This document shows, piece after piece, positions 8,698 through 16,197 of a DNA stretch of 28,401 nucleotides (position 1 is its first letter; each line of letters starts with the position of its first letter). The notes under the pieces were generated by a model. It was not told the origin of the DNA. It did no database searches and saw only the letters and a list, made by a program, of their open reading frames with translations. Source of the stretch: Gammaproteobacteria bacterium (lineage in GTDB: Bacteria; Pseudomonadota; Gammaproteobacteria; Steroidobacterales; Steroidobacteraceae). The translations under genes and the position numbers were made by a program. The stretch is taken from NCBI GenBank assembly GCA_025350345.1, contig JANXYA010000049.1:1-28401 (forward strand), written 5' to 3'.

Positions 8698-9125
8698 GCA
8701 GGTCGCCTGCTTCGACTGGCTATTCCGGGACTCCACTGGCAAAGAAGCTAGGGATCGTCGCTGGATCAAGGATCCTCGCCAGGAACGCACCGGCGGAGTA
8801 TGAAAAGTGGCTGGCGCCCCTGCCCCCGGACGTCACTTTTGAGGAGCGGATCAGCCCCGCCACGGCTATCGTCCATTTATTCTGTGATCGCAGGGCGACA
8901 CTGCAGGCCGAGCTGGTGCAGCTGCGCGCGTCCATCCGGGGTTCCGGAGCCATATGGGTGTCGTGGCCCAAGAAAGCAGCGAAGCTGGCCACCGATATCA
9001 CGGAGGACACCATTCGCGCGCTGGCATTGCCGATCGGCCTGGTCGACGTGAAAGTGTGCGCCGTCAGCGAGGTCTGGTCTGGCCTGAAGCTGGTGATCAG
9101 GAAGGAGCTGCGGCCTCAGGATTGA
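8694..9125 (+). CDS. DUF3052-family protein
   Basis: GYSGTPLAKKLGI, GAIWVSWPKKAAKLATDITEDTIR..ALP.GLVDVKVCAVSEVWSGLKLVIRKELR. Confidence 0.85.
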   Translation: MSRSPASTGYSGTPLAKKLGIVAGSRILARNAPAEYEKWLAPLPPDVTFEERISPATAIVHLFCDRRATLQAELVQLRASIRGSGAIWVSWPKKAAKLATDITEDTIRALALPIGLVDVKVCAVSEVWSGLKLVIRKELRPQD

Positions 9126-9156
9126 GGAGCCCGAACGAAGCGATGGAGATCAGCGC

Positions 9157-9528
9157 ATGAGCAAACCCGTTTCGCCAGGATCGGTGGCCGCCACGCTCAC
9201 CGAGTACTGGTCACCTCGCGTCGTCGCCGAACTGGATGACTCGTACGTCAAAGTGGCGAAGGTCAAGGGTACGTTCACGTGGCATGCCCACGATCAGGAA
9301 GACGAGCTCTTCTTTATCCTGAAGGGTCGGCTGCGCATCGAGCTGGAGAGCGGGGCCGTGGAACTCTCCGCGGGCGACGCCTATGTCGTGCCCAGGGGCG
9401 TGCGGCACAACCCCGTCGCTGACGAGGAGTGCCACGTCATGCTCATCGAACGAAAGACTACACTGCACACCGGGTCAGTGACCACGGACCGGACACGAAG
9501 TCTCGAAGATCAGCTTCGCCCCATCTAG
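9157..9528 (+). CDS. Cupin domain protein
   Basis: EYWSPRVVAEL, FTWHAHDQEDELF, VVPRGVRHNP cupin motifs; GGAG RBS. Confidence 0.9.
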   Translation: MSKPVSPGSVAATLTEYWSPRVVAELDDSYVKVAKVKGTFTWHAHDQEDELFFILKGRLRIELESGAVELSAGDAYVVPRGVRHNPVADEECHVMLIERKTTLHTGSVTTDRTRSLEDQLRPI

Positions 9529-9604
9529 TTCCGCGGACCAGGACCAGGCGTCACAATTCACGTGGCCGGGAGAAGAAAATGGGTCGCACCACGTTAGGCT
9601 CCCG

Positions 9605-10018
9605 GTGAAAGGAGCGGGAGAATACGGGATCGCCGCTCGGGCCCTGCCGTGGCTGCTCCTTTTGTACTGCGGGACGAGCCTCCTGCACTTTGTGCACAAC
9701 GCCGAGTACCTGGCGGACTACCCCAATCTGCCGGCGTGGATTTCGCGCGCTTCGGTCTACAGCGTCTGGGGCGGAATCTTCATGCTTGGCCTGGGCGGCT
9801 ATCTGCTTTACCGTCGCGGCCATCTCCTCATCGGCCTGGCGCTGCTGGCGCTCTACACGGCGCTCGACTTCGATGGCCTGCTGCACTATGGCCGGGCTCC
9901 CATGGCTGCACATACGCTAGCCACGAATCTGACCATATGGAGCGAGGTGGCTGCCGCTGCTGTCGCACTGGCAGCGGTACTGTGGCTCACAATTCAATGC
10001 GCACGCGTGGCGCGCTAG
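9605..10018 (+). CDS. Hypothetical membrane protein (about 4 TM)
   Basis: Hydrophobic segments with SLLHFVHNAEYLADYPNLPAW and DGLLHY...HT...NLTIWSEV motifs; GTG start uncertain. Confidence 0.75.
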   Translation: MKGAGEYGIAARALPWLLLLYCGTSLLHFVHNAEYLADYPNLPAWISRASVYSVWGGIFMLGLGGYLLYRRGHLLIGLALLALYTALDFDGLLHYGRAPMAAHTLATNLTIWSEVAAAAVALAAVLWLTIQCARVAR

Positions 10019-10025
10019 GCGGCTG

Positions 10026-10526
10026 ATGCACAACGGCAAGGGTACTGGGCTCTTCGCGCTCTATATCGCCGGCGCCGCCGCCTTCGTGTGGCTCTCCAGC
10101 TCAGGGCTGCCGCCGGTGGTGGCTGCACACTTCGGAGCCGGTGGCGCCGCCAATGGGTTCATGACCCGCGCCGGCTACACGCGGTTCATGATGGCGTTCG
10201 TGATTGGCCTGCCGGCCTTCATGGTACTCGTGACGTGGTTCGCCGTCGGCAATGCCCGGGCACGCCTTAACTTGCCGAACCGGGACCACTGGTTGGCGCC
10301 CGAGCGACGCGCGGCGACCGTGGCTTTCCTGCGGACCGGTATCCTGTGGTTTGGTGTCCTGCTGGTGACCTTTCTGTGCTACGCACACGGGCTGGTGGTA
10401 CTGGCCAACGAGGTTCAGCCGCCTGAACTCCCGGAGTCCTGGTTCATTGGCGGACTGGTGGTCTTCTTCCTGGTCCTGTTCATCGCGGCCAGGACATTTC
10501 TGCGCCGCTTTCAGCTCAGCCGTTGA
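10026..10526 (+). CDS. DUF1648-like membrane protein
   Basis: LPPVVAAHFGAGGAANGFM after the first TM helix and LNLPNRDHWLAPERR; about 4 TM segments. Confidence 0.75.
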   Translation: MHNGKGTGLFALYIAGAAAFVWLSSSGLPPVVAAHFGAGGAANGFMTRAGYTRFMMAFVIGLPAFMVLVTWFAVGNARARLNLPNRDHWLAPERRAATVAFLRTGILWFGVLLVTFLCYAHGLVVLANEVQPPELPESWFIGGLVVFFLVLFIAARTFLRRFQLSR

Positions 10527-10914
10527 GTTCGACCGTACCGAAGTGCCACTTCTCCACCGGGGGCTCGGTGCCCAGGGGTGCGTCGTGTGCAGGATCCAGT
10601 CGGGCGAGGTTCTTGCGCAGCAACGACTCGAGTCTCTTGTCGGCCGGCTCGCGCTCATCCGGCGCGCTCCGGCCGTACTCCTCCATCGCCTCCGCACTGA
10701 TGCCGACCCGCACCGTCTTGCTGCGTTTGTTCGGGCGCATCGGATCCGTGCCAAGCTTCCAGGAGGCGAGCAGCACGAACTCGGCCTCTCCGGGTAGCGT
10801 AATGAGGCGCGTGCCGGTGGGGAACACCCGTTCGGCCACGGCACGCACCCGCTCTTGCTGGTCGCGCCCCAGATGAATCCTCGGAGCCGCGCGATCAGCG
10901 AAGGCGTTCTTCAT
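10516..10914 (-). CDS. Hypothetical soluble protein (132 aa)
   Basis: GGAGGGAG RBS upstream of ATG 10914 (MKNAFADRAAP...); plausible globular composition; 11-nt convergent overlap with the 10026 gene. Confidence 0.65.
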   Translation of the reverse strand: MKNAFADRAAPRIHLGRDQQERVRAVAERVFPTGTRLITLPGEAEFVLLASWKLGTDPMRPNKRSKTVRVGISAEAMEEYGRSAPDEREPADKRLESLLRKNLARLDPAHDAPLGTEPPVEKWHFGTVELNG

Positions 10915-11035
10915 CGCTCCCTCCCCTCTCTCGCCGACCATGCCCCAGGACCATTGGGATGTCTAGTGAGGTAAATTATGTAGGCGCACCGTGCGCGGCT
11001 TGCGTTGGGCGATTGATCGTGGCAAGTAACCCTCC

Positions 11036-11557
11036 ATGAAGCAATTCATGTCCCTGATTTCGCTCCTGTGTGTGCTCGCAGCCACGCGGCTGGCGGGCGC
11101 GCCCATTGCGGAGGAGGTCCAGATCGGGCAAGCGCTGCGACAGGCGACACTGCAGGGTCTCAATGGCCCCTCCAGGGCATTGTCGGAATTCCGTGGCAGG
11201 CCGCTGATCATCAATGTCTGGGCCAGCTGGTGTGGGCCGTGCAGGGCGGAGATGGCCTCACTGGAGCGCCTCGCCTGGCTGGACGAGGGCAAAGGCCTCA
11301 CGATCATCGGCATCTCCACCGATGACTTCCCCGATCAGGCCAGGACCTGGCTGAAACACTCCAATGCAACGATCAATCAGTTCATCGACCAGCATCTGCA
11401 GATGGAACACATGCTCGGCGCCGCGACACTGCCTCTGACGGTGCTCGTCGATGCCCATGGTCGGGTACTCGGGAAGATCTATGGCGCCAGGGAATGGGAC
11501 AGCCCGGAATCCGTTTCGCTGGTGAGCAGGACCTTCCACGCGGCAGCCGGCAACTAG
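11036..11557 (+). CDS. TlpA-family thiol:disulfide oxidoreductase (exported)
   Basis: Signal peptide, RGRPLIINVWASWCGPCRAEM, LPLTVLVDAHGRV; GGAGG is absent, start at ATG 11036. Confidence 0.9.
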   Translation: MKQFMSLISLLCVLAATRLAGAPIAEEVQIGQALRQATLQGLNGPSRALSEFRGRPLIINVWASWCGPCRAEMASLERLAWLDEGKGLTIIGISTDDFPDQARTWLKHSNATINQFIDQHLQMEHMLGAATLPLTVLVDAHGRVLGKIYGAREWDSPESVSLVSRTFHAAAGN

Positions 11558-11563
11558 GAGACG

Positions 11564-12013
11564 ACGAAGAGACTGGCTGCCTCCCTTCTTTTCCAGTTGG
11601 CCGCGTTGGGGGCCCTTGCGGGCTGCACTGCAATGCCGGCACCCTCTCAAAGGGCCTGCTTCCATCGCAGCGAGCGCATCGAGACGGAGATCGGGTACTG
11701 CCAGGCGGTGCGCAGCGGCAATACGTTGCATGTTTCCGGGATTGCCGGCGAAGGCAGCATGGACTCGGCTGTCCGTTCGGTGTACGAGCGCCTGCGGCAG
11801 ACGCTGACGGCCAACGGCTTGTCGTTTGCCGATGTCGTCAAGGAAAATGTCTACACCACCGATCTCGACGCGTTCATCGGCGCGAAGGAGATTCGGAAAG
11901 ACTACTATGGGTCCGTGCTGCCTGCGGCGACCTGGGTACAGGTGCAGCGGCTGTACCTGCCATCGTTCGTGGTCGAGATTGAGCTGACTGCGGAGTATCC
12001 CCGGAAGAAATAG
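11564..12013 (+). CDS. RidA/YjgF/UK114-family protein with lipoprotein signal peptide (start codon non-canonical or uncertain)
   Basis: GYCQAVRSGNTLHVSG, DVVKENVYTTD, PAATWVQVQRL, VEIE. In-frame upstream ACG-AAG-AGA-CTG... reads (M)KRLAASLLFQLAALGALAGC. The ORF track starts at TTG 11597. Confidence 0.8.
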   Translation, partial: TKRLAASLLFQLAALGALAGCTAMPAPSQRACFHRSERIETEIGYCQAVRSGNTLHVSGIAGEGSMDSAVRSVYERLRQTLTANGLSFADVVKENVYTTDLDAFIGAKEIRKDYYGSVLPAATWVQVQRLYLPSFVVEIELTAEYPRKK

Positions 12014-12053
12014 CGATGGGTCGTACCTCACTCATTACGCCAGCCATCGATTG

Positions 12054-12443
12054 ATGCGCATTGACCACGTCGCGCTCTGGACACGTGATCTTGATCGGCT
12101 CAAGCGCTTCTACGTGGGCTACTTTGGCGCGGCCGCAGGGCCCGGCTACGTGAACCCCACGAAGGGCTTTGAATCCTGCTTTCTCAGCTTTTCAGACGGC
12201 GCCCGACTCGAACTGATGAGGACCACCTCGATCCCACTGTCCGTGCTGCCGCCCGGTACCCAGGGCCATGGGCTGACCCACCTGGCCATTGCGGTGGACT
12301 CTGAGTCAGCCGTCGATCATCTCGCGGAGCAGCTCAGGACCGACGGGATCGCAATTCTCGATGGCCCGCGCCGTACCGGCGACGGTTACTATGAAGTCGT
12401 CCTCCTTGACCCCGACGGCAATCGCATTGAAATCTGCGCGTAG
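12054..12443 (+). CDS. VOC/glyoxalase family protein
   Basis: MRIDHVALWTRDLDRL, GARLELM, GLTHLAIAV, GPRRTGDGYYEVVLLDPDGNRIEI. Confidence 0.92.
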   Translation: MRIDHVALWTRDLDRLKRFYVGYFGAAAGPGYVNPTKGFESCFLSFSDGARLELMRTTSIPLSVLPPGTQGHGLTHLAIAVDSESAVDHLAEQLRTDGIAILDGPRRTGDGYYEVVLLDPDGNRIEICA

Positions 12444-12514
12444 CGGCCGCGCAGTCTTGCCCCTCACCGCAGCCATAAAACCAGGCCGCCCATGCAAATC
12501 ACAGGAGTCCAGAC

Positions 12515-13015
12515 ATGAACCGGCCAGTCATTGCTGCCAAGTTCTGCCAGGTTGCCTGGGTAGTCAGGGACCTCGCGGCAGCCGAGAAGTTCTTCGTCGA
12601 CACGATGGGGATCAGCCGCTTCATGCACATGGACAACCTGGCCGCCAAGGATACGGAGGGCACGTACATGGGGAAGCCCGGGAACTGGGTCTGCAACCTC
12701 CATATCGCCTATGCGGGCGATACGCAGATCGAACTCATCCAGCCCGTGTCGGGAGCGAGCATGTTCCAGGAGTCGCTCGATCGGCATGGGGACGCCGTCC
12801 AGCACGTGGCGTACTGGCTGGATGATGCGGACTACGACGCCGCTGCCGCTCACCTGGAGTCCTCGGGGTATCGCCAGATCCAGAGCTTCCGCCTGCCGAT
12901 CCTGCGCGTGGGCTACTACGACACGCGCAAGGTCATCGGGGTCGTGACCGAGATTGTCGGCGCCAGCAAGGAAGGCCACGAGTTGCGACGCAACCTGCAG
13001 GCGGGAAACTTCTGA
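12515..13015 (+). CDS. VOC family protein (methylmalonyl-CoA epimerase-like)
   Basis: QVAWVVRDL, AYAGDTQIELIQPVSG, GDAVQHVAY, YYDTRKVIGVVTEI; AGGAG RBS. Confidence 0.88.
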   Translation: MNRPVIAAKFCQVAWVVRDLAAAEKFFVDTMGISRFMHMDNLAAKDTEGTYMGKPGNWVCNLHIAYAGDTQIELIQPVSGASMFQESLDRHGDAVQHVAYWLDDADYDAAAAHLESSGYRQIQSFRLPILRVGYYDTRKVIGVVTEIVGASKEGHELRRNLQAGNF

Positions 13016-13105
13016 GAAGGCGGAGCCCGGTATGCACGCGAGGCGTTCCCATTGGCGTGCCGGGACGGGTACTCTAGGGGCTCGGATCCATCAAGGAGTG
13101 GTCTC

Positions 13106-13534
13106 ATGAAGCGCTCGGCCTCGGCAGTCTGGCACGGTGATCTCAAGCAGGGCCATGGAGCACTGGCAACCCACAGCGGCGTACTCAAGGACACGCCGTA
13201 TTCATTCGGGATGCGCTTCGAGCAGGCACCGGGTACGAATCCGGAGGAGTTGCTGGCAGCGGCTCACGCCGGCTGTTTCACGATGGCGCTGACCGCTTCG
13301 CTCGGCCGTGCCGGCTTTGTGCCCAAGCGCCTGGCCACCCAGGCCGTCGTGTCGCTGGAACAGGTGGACGGGAAGTGGACCATCAACCACGTCCAGCTGA
13401 CCACGGAGGCCTGGATCCCCGGAATAGATGTCGCTCACTTCCAGAAGATTGCCGCTGACGCCAAGGCTGACTGCCCGGTCTCGCGATTATTCAAGGCAGA
13501 CATCTCGCTGTCCGCCAAACTCGAACCGAGCTGA
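13106..13534 (+). CDS. osmC: OsmC family peroxiredoxin
   Basis: MKRSASAVWHG, GTNPEELLAAAHAGCFTMAL, AKADCPVS; AAGGAG RBS. Confidence 0.92.
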   Translation: MKRSASAVWHGDLKQGHGALATHSGVLKDTPYSFGMRFEQAPGTNPEELLAAAHAGCFTMALTASLGRAGFVPKRLATQAVVSLEQVDGKWTINHVQLTTEAWIPGIDVAHFQKIAADAKADCPVSRLFKADISLSAKLEPS

Positions 13535-13543
13535 TATGCTGGG

Positions 13544-13565
13544 GGTCGCGTAGGTAACCGCGACC
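13544..13565 (+). other. Inverted repeat GGTCGCG-N8-CGCGACC directly before ATG 13566
   Basis: Perfect 7-bp stem with loop TAGGTAAC; no T tract; role unclear. Confidence 0.4.
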
Positions 13566-13700
13566 ATGCTCCCAACCGAAATCCTGCTGGCCTGTCTCGA
13601 AGCGGCCCTGATCGTGGTGGTCGCACCGGGACCCGACGACATCCTCGCCATCAGCCGCGGGCTGACGATCAGACGCCACGGAAGTAAATGCCATGATTGA
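13566..13700 (+). pseudogene. N-terminal remnant of a LysE/RhtB-family translocator
   Basis: Hand translation MLPTEILLACLEAALIVVVAPGPDDILAISRGLTIRRHGSKCHD*. PGPD..L.ISRGL is the LysE N-terminal signature; similarity is lost after about codon 33 (full proteins are ~200 aa). Confidence 0.75.
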
Positions 13701-14055
13701 TGTGGGCGTGATCCTCAAGCGTTTCGAGACACCCGACGAGACCCGTGAGCTCGATCACGGCAGCTTTGAATTGGTGAATCTCGGCGGCATGAGCATTGGC
13801 CGTGCGACTTACCTGCCGGGGTGGAAGTGGTCGAAGCACGTCGGCCCGGTGGTGGGTGCGACTCGCTGCCACGTCAAGCACGTCGGTTTGGTGCTCTCGG
13901 GAGTGGCCACTGCAGCGTTTGATGACGGTACGATCATTGAACTGCGTGCCGGAGACGTCTTCTATATACCGCCAGTGCCTCATGACAGCTGGGTCGTGGG
14001 CGATCAACCCTATGTATCGCTCCACTTTGGCGGTGCGGAGCGCTACGCGCGCTGA
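13693..14055 (+). CDS. Cupin domain protein
   Basis: KRFETPDETR, GRATYLPGWKWSKHVGP, CHVKHVG, IPPVPHDSWVVGD. Confidence 0.9.
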   Translation: MIDVGVILKRFETPDETRELDHGSFELVNLGGMSIGRATYLPGWKWSKHVGPVVGATRCHVKHVGLVLSGVATAAFDDGTIIELRAGDVFYIPPVPHDSWVVGDQPYVSLHFGGAERYAR

Positions 14056-14073
14056 GGCCGGGCTGCACTCAGC

Positions 14074-14457
14074 ATGGCGAAGCAACGATTTGCAGGGAGC
14101 TGTCACTGTGGCCGCGTGCGCTTCATCGTGCACGCAGACCTGGCCACCGCCGCCGTCTGCAACTGCTCGATCTGTACCAAGAAGGGTATCGTGCACCTCA
14201 TCGTGCCACCGGCGGATTTCGAGCTGGTTGCGGGTCGCGAGGAACTTGCGACCTACCGGTTCGGCACGGGGATCGCGCAGCATCAGTTCTGCCGGACCTG
14301 CGGGGTCCAGTCCTTCTACATCCCGCGCTCCGATCCCAATAGCATCGACGTAAACGTACGCTGCCTGGAGGGCGTTGATGTCCATGGCCTCGAACTCGCC
14401 CGCTTCGACGGCCAGAACTGGGAGGAGGCCAACGCGGGCAGGGTTCCGTGGCGATGA
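14074..14457 (+). CDS. GFA/CENP-V family protein
   Basis: GSCHCG, CNCSIC, HQFCRTCG, VNVRCLEG. Confidence 0.92.
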   Translation: MAKQRFAGSCHCGRVRFIVHADLATAAVCNCSICTKKGIVHLIVPPADFELVAGREELATYRFGTGIAQHQFCRTCGVQSFYIPRSDPNSIDVNVRCLEGVDVHGLELARFDGQNWEEANAGRVPWR

Positions 14458-14507
14458 TCTTCGACGGCTGAGGGTGCCTGGTCGGGTGCCATGCCCTCGC
14501 CCCGGGC

Positions 14508-15284
14508 CTACCGGACCTGTTGCTCCGGGGCTGCTGGTCGCTGCGCCAGCATCACCAGCAGCCCGATCGCCGCCATCGCCCAGACGATCACCGGGCTCGA
14601 GGGCAGATCGGTGAGCGCCGAGACGATCAGGCCGACGATGTAGCTGGCGGCCGTCAGCAGATAGCCAATGAGCAGCTGTCGCCCCTGCGGATATCGATAG
14701 GTGGCGACCGCCGGAATGATCAGGCTGGAGAACACCAGGTACACGCCCACCAGCTGCACCGACACGGTCACCGTCACGGCAAATACCACGTAGAAGCCGG
14801 TGCGGCCCAGGCGCTCCCGCCACCTGAACCAGGCCAGCAGCACGAACGCCGTCAGTACCGCGGCACGTACCAGCTGCGGCATTGAGACCCACAGGATCTG
14901 CCCTGCCAGCAGATCCTTCAGGTCCTCGCCACCGTGCGGATCGTTGGCAAGCAGCAGGATCTGCGCGGTGGAAGCAAGCACGAACAGCACGCCAATCAGC
15001 GCTTCCTGCACCTCCGGGCGCCGCTTCTCCGTCCAGGTCAGCAGCAGCGCCGCGAGCAGCGCCGCGCTCACTGCGGCCAGCTGCGTCACCCAGCCCTGCA
15101 GTTCAAGGCCGAAGAAATGCGCGGCGATCACGCCAACACCGGCCACCTGGGCGATGGCCAGGTCGATAAAGACGATGCCGCGCGCGAGCACCTGCTGTCC
15201 GAGCGGCACGTGCGAGGCCAGCACGATGAGCCCCGCCAGCAGTGCCGGCCACAGGATGCTCAGGTTGGCCGACAGCGCGCTCAT
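14508..15284 (-). CDS. Metal ABC-type transporter permease (ZnuB/ABC-3-like)
   Basis: HVPLGQQVLARGIVFIDLAIAQVAGVG, QEALIG, LKDLLAGQILW, VQLVGVYLVFSSLIIPA; about 8 TM; ATGA overlap with the SBP. Confidence 0.88.
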   Translation of the reverse strand: MSALSANLSILWPALLAGLIVLASHVPLGQQVLARGIVFIDLAIAQVAGVGVIAAHFFGLELQGWVTQLAAVSAALLAALLLTWTEKRRPEVQEALIGVLFVLASTAQILLLANDPHGGEDLKDLLAGQILWVSMPQLVRAAVLTAFVLLAWFRWRERLGRTGFYVVFAVTVTVSVQLVGVYLVFSSLIIPAVATYRYPQGRQLLIGYLLTAASYIVGLIVSALTDLPSSPVIVWAMAAIGLLVMLAQRPAAPEQQVR

Positions 15285-16186
15285 TTGACGGCACCGAGCA
15301 GGCGCGCGATGGTGTCGTCGAACAGCGTGAACAGGTCATGCGCCGCAGGCGTTCCGCCGACTGAATAGGGCAACAGCACCACAGGCACGTGAATGCGCTC
15401 GGACAGCCAGTCCGCCGCCTTGGAGTCGTTGTAGGCGTTGCGCAGGATCAGCTTCGGAGGCGCAGCCGAGAGCTTGGTCACCAGTTCCGCCAGGTAGCTG
15501 CTGCTGGGCGGCACGCCCGGCTTCGGTTCGATGGCGGCCACCTCCCGCAGCCCCAGCCAGTGGCACAGGTAAGCCTGGTCGCGATGGATCACTACGACGG
15601 GCACACCCTTCAGCGGCGCGGCCTGCTGCTCCCAGCGTACTATGGCCGCCTGCCAGCGCGACTGGAAATCGCTCCCGCGACCCTGGTAGTAGCTGGCGTT
15701 CGCGGCATCGAGCGTGGCCAGTCTCGCGCTCAGCGCCGCCGCCACGATCGCGATGTTGTGCGGATCCAGGTGCGCGTGCGGATTGCCGAGGGGGTGCACA
15801 TCGCCCATCGAGCGATCGACGGCGGAGGGCACCTCGAGCAGCCGCAGATTGGTATCGGCCTCAAAGTTGCCGGGGTTGCCCGGCTGGATGCGCGCGTTGC
15901 CCGATTCGCGCAGCAGTACCGGCAACCAGCCGATCTCGAGCTCGGCACCGGCCGCGACCACCAGGTCCGCATTGCGCGCCCGCGCCACCAGGCTGGGCTT
16001 GGCGTCGACGCGGTGCACGTCCTGGAAGGCGCTGGTCGCGGCGTACACATCGACCTTGTCGCCGCCCAGTTCCCGCGTCAGCGCGGCCCACTCCGGCGTC
16101 GTGGCCAGCACTCTGATGGCAGCCTGCGCGGGCAGCGTCACGGCGGCAATCAGGATGGCCGCGGCAATTTTCACAATACTGTTCAT
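15281..16186 (-). CDS. Zn/Mn-type (TroA/ZnuA-like) substrate-binding protein
   Basis: Signal peptide ending AQA; QDVH.VDAKPS, AELEIGWLP, MGDVHPLGNPH.HLDP, EPKPGVPPS. Start at 16186 gives 8-nt spacing from GGAG. Confidence 0.9.
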   Translation of the reverse strand: MNSIVKIAAAILIAAVTLPAQAAIRVLATTPEWAALTRELGGDKVDVYAATSAFQDVHRVDAKPSLVARARNADLVVAAGAELEIGWLPVLLRESGNARIQPGNPGNFEADTNLRLLEVPSAVDRSMGDVHPLGNPHAHLDPHNIAIVAAALSARLATLDAANASYYQGRGSDFQSRWQAAIVRWEQQAAPLKGVPVVVIHRDQAYLCHWLGLREVAAIEPKPGVPPSSSYLAELVTKLSAAPPKLILRNAYNDSKAADWLSERIHVPVVLLPYSVGGTPAAHDLFTLFDDTIARLLGAVK

Positions 16187-16197
16187 GATCATGGCTC

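Noticed and set aside
9530-9600. attC site suggested by GTTAGGC at 9592-9598
   Set aside because: No matching RYYYAAC R'' box or L-box pairing upstream. Other GTTAGGC/ATCTAAC hits (1065, 510) coincide with stop codons. No integrase in the window.
11555-11557. Pyrrolysine or programmed readthrough at the TlpA TAG
   Set aside because: No pyl genes here, and an internal lipoprotein signal makes a fusion less plausible than a separate start; kept only as an alternative in the RidA finding.
13021-13085. Structured ncRNA between the VOC gene and osmC (nested GAGCCC/GGGCTC and CCCGG..GCACGC/GCGTGCCGGG)
   Set aside because: Short, bulged GC-only pairings are expected by chance at this GC content; no recognisable family.
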